Of a stretch of 64,000 nucleotides of DNA, positions 19,674-26,645 are shown in pieces. Each line of letters opens with the position of its first letter. Position 1 is the stretch's first letter. A program made the translations under genes and the position numbers. Under the pieces are notes generated by a model. That model worked only from the letters and a program-made list of their open reading frames with translations, was not told where the DNA came from and ran no database searches. The DNA comes from Gammaproteobacteria bacterium (GTDB lineage: Bacteria; Pseudomonadota; Gammaproteobacteria; Arenicellales; Poriferihabitantaceae), in NCBI GenBank assembly GCA_026709505.1, contig JAPOSW010000123.1, positions 34,703 through 98,702 on the forward strand, written 5' to 3'.

Positions 19674-20245
19674 CGGACTGTTTAGTCAAGCGCGTACTTG
19701 GGGGGTGTTCTGGCATGAAATGCCGAGCTCCATATATGACCGAACCTGAAATATCGCCTATTTTGAGGATAATTTCAATAGGTTTATAGATTGAGGCTAG
19801 CGTTGGAGAAATTTTTACGATGCATGGCTTGTCAGTTGGATTTGACTGCATAATTGGCTGTTCTAAAAAAGAACAAAATATGGCACAAACAAAATTGCCG
19901 GATTAGGCTTTAAGCCCTGATCGCTTCTAATCCGGTATATTATGACTAATTCTACTTTCCAGCTTGAAACGGTTGGAGCTATTTCCCCAGCGATTCAGGC
20001 CTGATAGACAATGGCCGGCACAATCAATCTCATAGTCTATCTGGCATTTCGATTCTTGCTCCGCGGCGCGTTCGCGAATTTTGTGCCAGTCAGCCGCCAC
20101 CCTTGGATCAACCCCCATTTTTCCTTGATGACGGTGTCCACGCACCGCGGGGTTGGGGCTTTTAAGCAACAGGAACAAAACCAGTAATTACGAGGAACTG
20201 CTTCGAAAAAATAACCGTATTTGTGTCAGGTTTACCTATATCTAT

Positions 20246-20892
20246 CCCCAATTCCACTCTGAAGTGCAACACCCTGGGGGTCGGCAGCATGCTGCAGACG
20301 GCCAGCAGGCGGATGACAATCTCCATACCGTTAACCATGGAGAACTGTCATGCGCAAAAGCTGCCGCCAGCTGGCCTGCGATGAACGATGCCAGATCAAG
20401 GTTCTGTTGTCCGGAGTCCTGTCGATTGGCGAGATCGCCCGCAACCGCGGAGAGCGCGGCTACCGCCACCGGCAGGCCCAGGACAGGGCCCGTGCCCGCC
20501 GCAGCCGTGCTTCCAGCGTTCCGCGCAAGCTGACGGAGGGCTGGAGTCCGGAGCAGACGAGGGCCGCCTGAACCGCTGCCCCCGCAAGGCGCTGGGCTGC
20601 CTCATGCCATTCGAGGTCTTTCACGAAGTCCTGCCCTCGCCCTGATTCCCTGGCCGGGTCAGGTCCTGAGCTGCGCCCGCAACCGGCGGGCGATGGATAC
20701 ATGCGCCTGCAGGGCCCGCACTGGGTCTTGCAGTGCCGGACTGCATCGCTTATGATGCCGGAAAGTCGAGACTGTCGCCGCTTCGGCATCGAACGAACGC
20801 TTCCAGATCCTGGCTTCCCCCCTGTCTGTCCATGAAGGCTATGCCTTCATGGACAGACAGGGGCAGTGTTGCACTTCGGACTGGAACTGGGG
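20246..20892 (+). mobile_element. Internally deleted IS30-family element (MITE-like relic, transposase pseudogene)
   Basis: Terminal inverted repeats CCCCAATTCCACTCTGAAGTGCAAC (20246-20270) and GTTGCACTTCGGACTGGAACTGGGG (20868-20892) match at 22/25 positions. The interior keeps only an IS30-like N-terminal HTH (DERCQIKVLLSGVLSIGEIARN), then GWSPEQ joined directly to the C-terminal LNRCPRKALGCLMPFEVF. The DDE core is missing. The segment is GC-rich relative to host DNA. Confidence 0.7.
20819..20863. repeat. Perfect 21-bp-stem hairpin (CCCCTGTCTGTCCATGAAGGC-TAT-GCCTTCATGGACAGACAGGGG)
   Basis: Exact inverted repeat with a 3-nt loop, read directly from the sequence. It lies just inside the right IR of the IS30 relic. 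Confidence 0.9.
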
Positions 20893-21055
20893 TACTTAAA
20901 AATGGCCGCTATTCTAGGCAAATACTCTCATTTTGACCTCAAGCGCATTCCAGTTTGTCAAAATTGAAGCCCAGAATCTACAAGCTTACCCAGAATTAGA
21001 ATTGTTGTTACTTTTATCCATAATTCGAACCCATAACTCTGCCGAGGTCAGTTAA

Positions 21056-21808
21056 GTGGACATAATATTGGTACTTTGTGCAGGAAAAGTCAGCATTGCT
21101 TCTGGCTTAACTCAGGTGAAGCAACTATACAAACTGGCAAAAGTGCTGCCAGATAAGCAATGTTTATATTTGGACCGTGAGCGGGATATTGATATTCCTT
21201 TATTGCCAGATGAGTTTATTATTCTTCATGGCGGGGAAAAAATATTTTCTGAAAATCCGGGTTTGGATATCGGCAATAATCCCGCAGTCCGACGACCGAT
21301 TTACCCGATATTCAATGACAGGAAAATCAGTCCGGGACTTGAATGTGCGAAGCTATCCGGCGCTGAACTTCAGCAACATGATACAAACTTTCCATCAATC
21401 AGACTTTTTGCAGACATTGAAGGTGGGCTTGATCAATTGATCAGCCCAGAAATGACTCTTGTGGTTCAAGACAATGACAGTTACTTTACGGTTCCTATTG
21501 ATCAAGAGGGATCTATAGAGTTAGAAGAATGTGCAAAACATGGTCGAAGGCCGCCAAAGGGAGATGGATATTTTTATCGTATTAAAATTGACGGTGAGAA
21601 GTATAAGGTTACCGAAATGAAGATGGTTGGAGAAGATATTCTCCGTTTGGTTGGCAAAACTTATGACGAATGGACTATGAATCAAAAACTGAAAGGGGGG
21701 CGTAGAGTTTCAGTTGAAAAAGATCAGTTAGTTGACCTGTCAGTGCCGGGAGTAGAGAGGTTTGAAACTGCAAAAAGGCAGGCGCAGCAAGGTATAGATC
21801 ATTGGTGA
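21056..21808 (+). CDS. Multi-ubiquitin-type protein: three tandem beta-grasp (Ubl) repeats, C-terminal ...QQG-IDHW
   Basis: 250 aa, GTG start with GAGG 8 nt upstream. Three internally similar units each end in a D-x-hhh-L-x-x-G-x-E-[KR]-F type block (DIPLLPDEFIILHGGEKIF / DQLISPEMTLVVQDNDSYF / DQLVDLSVPGVERFET). The third unit (YFYRIKIDGEKYKVTEMKMVGEDIL...) resembles the 'Multiubiquitin' family as I recall it. Sits in an operon with E2 and JAB-E1 genes. Confidence 0.65.
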   Translation: MDIILVLCAGKVSIASGLTQVKQLYKLAKVLPDKQCLYLDRERDIDIPLLPDEFIILHGGEKIFSENPGLDIGNNPAVRRPIYPIFNDRKISPGLECAKLSGAELQQHDTNFPSIRLFADIEGGLDQLISPEMTLVVQDNDSYFTVPIDQEGSIELEECAKHGRRPPKGDGYFYRIKIDGEKYKVTEMKMVGEDILRLVGKTYDEWTMNQKLKGGRRVSVEKDQLVDLSVPGVERFETAKRQAQQGIDHW

Positions 21809-22179
21809 GAATTTTAACCGATGAAGACGAGCAATTTTTGAATGCTAATGGATTCAACTGGAAGTTGCTGTTCGAAAACAATGCCAAACAGGGTCTATTG
21901 GTGAAGCGATTTCAGGTACCGACTGGCTATCAGCCTGATACGGTTGACCTGATGATTTTGATTCCTGAAAATTATCCTGTAGCAGGTATCGACATGTTTT
22001 ATCTTTGTCCTGCAATTTTTCGTGATGATGGCAGGAATATCAATGCCCTAGAGATTGAAAATCATTTTGATAGGCAATGGCAGCGATGGTCTAGGCATTA
22101 TGATTGGCACGCCGGTTACTGCAGCATTGCAACACATATAAAGTTTGTAAGCAATCAACTTGAATCTGAACTTAACTGA
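21802..22179 (+). CDS. Prokaryotic E2-like (UBC-fold) protein, Prok-E2 family E-like
   Basis: 125 aa. LILIPENYPVAGIDMFYLCPAIFRDDG, then WQRWSRHYDW, matches my recollection of the Prok-E2_E family. Candidate catalytic Cys69 lies ~10 residues after the YP motif. The start is TTG 21802 or GTG 21805 (GTGA overlap with the Ubl stop). Confidence 0.6.
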   Translation: MVRILTDEDEQFLNANGFNWKLLFENNAKQGLLVKRFQVPTGYQPDTVDLMILIPENYPVAGIDMFYLCPAIFRDDGRNINALEIENHFDRQWQRWSRHYDWHAGYCSIATHIKFVSNQLESELN

Positions 22180-22208
22180 AATTATTTTCCAATTGTTCAG
22201 TACACTCC

Positions 22209-23660
22209 ATGCCACACACTCTCTCTTTAACTAAAAGTTTATACGATGATCTTCGTACCCATCTTTACCCAGATGATGGGTTTGAGTCTGTTGCAGTAAT
22301 GCTATGCCATTCTGGCATTGGTAAACTAGGCCTTCGACTGATGGCAAATCAATTAATGCTGGTTGATACTGAGCTTTGTTATGAAAGATCATCAAACAGA
22401 TTATGCTGGCCATTTGCATCCTGCTTCAACCCCGAAAAGATCTCCGAAATTGATGAACTTGGCTTGTCGATAATGACAATTCACAGTCATCCAAGTGGAT
22501 TCAGTGATTTTTCAGAAATCGATGATAAGAACGACTGTGAGTTATTCTCTTCTGTGTGCAGCTGGTTTGATGACGACAGGCCTAATGGATCGGCAATCAT
22601 GCTTCCGAACGGGCAAATACTTGCACGACTTGTGAACCATGCAGGAAAATTTACCTCGATTCAAACGGTTTCGGTGATTGGTGAAGATATAAGTATTTGG
22701 AAACAAAACAGCATAGGAAGAAAAGTTCCAAGTTTTGGATCAAGGATTGCGCAAACTTTTGGAAAGGGAACTTATCAATTATTAAGAAAAATCCGCGCAG
22801 GCGTGGTTGGTTGCTCAGGAAGTGGAAGTATCGTTGTTGAGCTATTGTCTCGAAATTGTATAGGTCATTTAGTGATTGTTGATCCAGACGACGTAGAAAC
22901 AAAAAACCTGAATAGAGTCATCAATTCAACAAAGGCCGATGCAAGAAAGAAGACTCCCAAAGTGGAGTTACTCAAACGTTCCGTAAGACGGATGGGCATG
23001 GGTACTGAGGTGGATGCACTAAAATCCGATACAAGAGATAGACAGGTCATAGAAGCTTTGGCAGATTGCGATGTGCTATTTGGATGTGTGGATTCAGCAG
23101 AGGGGCGCTATCATCTCGAATGCATAGCATCGGCCTACTTCATTCCCTATTTTGATGTTGGCGTGAATCTGGAAAGTGATGATATGGGCAATATACTGCA
23201 AGCGGATGCAGTGTCGCACTACATGCACCCTAATAACACTAGTTTGATGGCTCGTGGAGGGTATACGACAGAACAAGTAACTGCGGAAAGCTGGCATCGA
23301 ACTAACAGGGGGTATTACGAAAGGCAGCGGGTAGCAGGATACCTAGCTGACATTAGTGAGGATCAACCTGCAGTCATGTCGATAAATATGCAGGCAGCTT
23401 GTCTCGCATTTAATGACTTCATTGCTCGTCTTCACAACTTTCGACTTGACAGCAATGATGATTTTTCTACTCAAAGGTTTCGGTTTGTGCATGGATATTC
23501 TGAAAATCTGGGAAATAAAGTTACCGTTGATTCCCTGTTTTCCAAATTTTCCGGCAAGGGGGAGAGAAGCGACCTAATCAAGATGTTAAAAGGCAGAGGT
23601 AGTCTAATTCCTGAAGGCAGTGCAACGGTTCAGAGCATAAAAGCCGAGGTGGGTGGATAG
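22209..23660 (+). CDS. JAB/JAMM metalloprotease - E1 (ThiF/MoeB-type adenylyltransferase) fusion protein
   Basis: 483 aa. Has a complete JAMM signature: Glu26, then H92-S-H94-x7-S102-xx-D105 (HSHPSGFSDFSEID, nt 22482-22523). The ThiF-like Rossmann region is VVGCSGSGSIVVELLSRNCIGHLVIVDPDDVETKNLNR, followed by DVLFGCVDS. Confidence 0.85.
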   Translation: MPHTLSLTKSLYDDLRTHLYPDDGFESVAVMLCHSGIGKLGLRLMANQLMLVDTELCYERSSNRLCWPFASCFNPEKISEIDELGLSIMTIHSHPSGFSDFSEIDDKNDCELFSSVCSWFDDDRPNGSAIMLPNGQILARLVNHAGKFTSIQTVSVIGEDISIWKQNSIGRKVPSFGSRIAQTFGKGTYQLLRKIRAGVVGCSGSGSIVVELLSRNCIGHLVIVDPDDVETKNLNRVINSTKADARKKTPKVELLKRSVRRMGMGTEVDALKSDTRDRQVIEALADCDVLFGCVDSAEGRYHLECIASAYFIPYFDVGVNLESDDMGNILQADAVSHYMHPNNTSLMARGGYTTEQVTAESWHRTNRGYYERQRVAGYLADISEDQPAVMSINMQAACLAFNDFIARLHNFRLDSNDDFSTQRFRFVHGYSENLGNKVTVDSLFSKFSGKGERSDLIKMLKGRGSLIPEGSATVQSIKAEVGG

Positions 23661-23774
23661 TTCATCCAGAGATCTTCAAGGCTGGACGTATGAGTGATTA
23701 CTGTATCCGGAAAGCATGGGTGATTGGGGGCGAAACCCTACCTGTTTTTGTTCCAAAAAAAACTGAGGTTAGTC

Positions 23775-26510
23775 ATGTCTCAGAGCTTAATCATTAATTC
23801 TCCCTATTCTTGCCCAGATAGGCATTGGGTACCAGGAACGGACGGTGAGCCATTAACCCGAAAGGACGGGCGTAGGCCTGCAGGCTACACGATAGCAGAC
23901 CCGACTGCAAAACCCTACCACGATAGAGGTATATTTGTTGAATTGCCAATTGTGAATCAGATTCGACAACGAGTTGATCAATGGCGGATGTCGGGCTACG
24001 AGGGTATAACCGGGATAACCAAGGTGCTTCTTGAGCATTGGCTGGACAATGACCAAAGGGAGTTTCCGTTTTTCTTTTGTCAAATTGAGGCGATTGAGAC
24101 ACTTATCTGGCTGATAGAGTCTCCAGAATCAGAAAAAAGCGGTATAGAAATCAAATCCGACGGTGGAGAATTCCTTCGCTTGTGTTCAAAACTTGCTACT
24201 GGAACGGGTAAAACAACGGTTATGGCGATGTTGATAGCATGGCAATCAATAAACCGTTCTACATACCCTATAGATCGGCGTTTTTCACAAAACTTTTTCG
24301 TTGTTGCTCCGAATCTGACAGTAAGAGAACGGCTTGCTGTTCTTGTGCCCTCAAACCAACCTAACTACTACGATGAATTTGGAATTGTCCCGCCATCACT
24401 GCGGCAGAAGTTTCTGCAAGCAAACGTATTGGTTCGTAACTGGCACGCTCTGAATTGGGAAACAGAAAACACAATAGAGAAGAAGAAAGGTGTAGATAAG
24501 CGAGGAGTCAAAAGTGATGAGGCATACACGCGCGAAGTATTGGGTGATATAGCACATGCCAAAAACATTGTTGTTATAAACGATGAAGCTCACCATGCAT
24601 GGCGTGTTCCAGCAGGTTCAAGGATTAAGGGTGTCCGGAAAGAAGAGATCGATGAAGCGACAAAATGGGTCGGTGGGCTTGATCGAATTCATAAAACTCG
24701 AGGCATACTATCATGCTTTGATTTTTCGGCTACTCCGTTTGCACCGAACGGAAGAAAAACTTCTGAAGAAGCATTATTTGACTGGATTATCAGTGATTTT
24801 GGGCTGAATGATGCTATCGAGTCTGGGCTAGTGAAAACGCCGAGAGTCGTGATTCGAGATGATGCCTTGTCCAATGCAAAAACCTACAAGTCACGCTTGT
24901 ATCACATATATAGTGATAACGAAGTGAAAGACGATCTAAACAGAAAGGCAAAGCCGCATGACCTTCTTCCAGACTTTATTGTCAATGCATACACATTACT
25001 AGGATATGACTGGAACAAGACCAAAGACTTGTGGAGTGATCGAGAAACTCCCCCTGTGATGATCACTGTAGCTAATCGTACAGAAACTGCCGCGAGAATC
25101 AATCATGCATTTATTAACAACAACATACCTGGTGTTGACTCACTGTCTGATCCAGATGGAATTTTGCACATTGATTCGAAAGTACTTAAGGAGGCAGAAG
25201 ATGAAAGCATGGAATCCAGTTCGGCAAAAAAGCAAGGAGCAACCGCTTTGCGGGAAAAAGTCAACACTGTGGGGCAAATGGGAAAGCCGGGCGCAAAGGT
25301 GCAAAATGTCATCTCTGTGGGGATGTTGTCCGAGGGTTGGGATGCGCGAACTGTTACTCAGATAATGGGGTTGCGTGCTTTTTCTAGCCAGTTGCTTTGT
25401 GAACAAGTTATTGGACGAGGATTGCGACGTTCTTCCTATGAGGTCAACGAAACAACTGGAATGTTCGACCCAGAATATGTCAATGTTTTTGGGGTGCCAT
25501 TCAGTTTTTTACCGCATGTTGAAGAGTCAGGCAACCCACCTGCAGTTTCTGAGAAAATCACCGTTCAGCCTGTTAAGGAAAAAAAACAGTTTGCCATCAA
25601 ATGGCCTAATGTAGTCCGTGTAAACAGGACTCTAGAATCGAAACTTACCATTGGTTCCTGGGAAAAGGTTTTACCGCTGACAATTGATTCGGCTCAAACG
25701 GTGCAGTTGGTGGAATTAGCGCCGACAGTTGATAACCAGCCTGATGTTTCAAAAATTTCTGACATAGATCTCAATGAATTAGGGGCAAAAAACCGTATTC
25801 AGACGACCATATTCAGGACGGCAAAAGCCGTATTTGAAGAGGAATCGCTGGGTTGGAAAGGATCACAGGCTATTTTGATGGCGCAGCTTGTACAACTTGC
25901 AGAGCAGTTCCTCAATTCCGAAAAAATAAAGGTCATCCCTGAACTGTATAACCAGGATAGATGGAAAAGACAACTGGTAATCTCATTGAATATGTCTAGA
26001 GTCATCCGTCATTTCTTGAACATGATTCAGGAGGAAAACACTCAAAAAGCAGAGCTTGTACTTGACGAGAATTACCCTATTCGTTCAACTGAAGACATGC
26101 GACCATGGCGTACTGGGAAGCCATTCGAGGCAACAAATAAAAGCCATATCAATTATTGCGTATTTGACAGTGCATGGGAAGAATCTGCGGCAATCGAGCT
26201 TGATCGAAACGATGTTGTGGCATCATGGGTGAAAAATGATCATCTCGGATTTGAGGTGTTATACACTTATCAAGGAGTGGTCAGAAAATACAGGCCTGAT
26301 TATCTGGTCTATTTGAAATCTGACAAGACTTTGGTTCTGGAAATCAAAGGACAACAGGAAGATCAGGACAATGCAAAACATTCGTACATGAAGCAATGGA
26401 TTAAAGCGGTTAATGGAGATGGTAGATTTGGTTTCTGGCAGTTTACTGTTTCGCGCTCTCCGTCTGATTTAAAAGATATTCTCGTTCAGGCAAATGGTGA
26501 GTCACCGTGA
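23775..26510 (+). CDS. res: Type III restriction enzyme Res subunit (SF2 helicase + C-terminal PD-(D/E)XK nuclease)
   Basis: Start moved to ATG 23775 (MSQSLIINSPY, GAGG RBS). Helicase motif I is ATGTGKT, motif II NDEAHH and motif VI QVIGRGLRR. The C-terminal nuclease motif is YRPDYLVYL...LVLEIKGQ. Confidence 0.85.
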   Translation: MSQSLIINSPYSCPDRHWVPGTDGEPLTRKDGRRPAGYTIADPTAKPYHDRGIFVELPIVNQIRQRVDQWRMSGYEGITGITKVLLEHWLDNDQREFPFFFCQIEAIETLIWLIESPESEKSGIEIKSDGGEFLRLCSKLATGTGKTTVMAMLIAWQSINRSTYPIDRRFSQNFFVVAPNLTVRERLAVLVPSNQPNYYDEFGIVPPSLRQKFLQANVLVRNWHALNWETENTIEKKKGVDKRGVKSDEAYTREVLGDIAHAKNIVVINDEAHHAWRVPAGSRIKGVRKEEIDEATKWVGGLDRIHKTRGILSCFDFSATPFAPNGRKTSEEALFDWIISDFGLNDAIESGLVKTPRVVIRDDALSNAKTYKSRLYHIYSDNEVKDDLNRKAKPHDLLPDFIVNAYTLLGYDWNKTKDLWSDRETPPVMITVANRTETAARINHAFINNNIPGVDSLSDPDGILHIDSKVLKEAEDESMESSSAKKQGATALREKVNTVGQMGKPGAKVQNVISVGMLSEGWDARTVTQIMGLRAFSSQLLCEQVIGRGLRRSSYEVNETTGMFDPEYVNVFGVPFSFLPHVEESGNPPAVSEKITVQPVKEKKQFAIKWPNVVRVNRTLESKLTIGSWEKVLPLTIDSAQTVQLVELAPTVDNQPDVSKISDIDLNELGAKNRIQTTIFRTAKAVFEEESLGWKGSQAILMAQLVQLAEQFLNSEKIKVIPELYNQDRWKRQLVISLNMSRVIRHFLNMIQEENTQKAELVLDENYPIRSTEDMRPWRTGKPFEATNKSHINYCVFDSAWEESAAIELDRNDVVASWVKNDHLGFEVLYTYQGVVRKYRPDYLVYLKSDKTLVLEIKGQQEDQDNAKHSYMKQWIKAVNGDGRFGFWQFTVSRSPSDLKDILVQANGESP

Positions 26511-26645
26511 TGCAAAAAACACTTCACTGCCTACCCAAATCACACATTATCACCTGTCGATACTTCCTTTCATGAGTTGCATTGGGAATGAATACAGATG
26601 CCGAATAATTCATTGTAAATCCCGCATCAACTAATCAGTTTAGAG

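Noticed and set aside
19927-20178. 83-aa minus-strand ORF with a C-x8-C-x3-C patch between the CNNM genes and the IS relic.
   Set aside because: I considered a DUF1289-like Cys motif, but the order and spacing do not fit. There is no RBS or homology evidence, so I do not report it as a gene.
20153-20936. Seven overlapping ORFs in several frames across the GC-rich 20.2-20.9 kb segment.
   Set aside because: These are not independent genes. Two frames carry the residual N- and C-terminal pieces of a deleted IS30 transposase, and the rest are GC-driven shadow ORFs.
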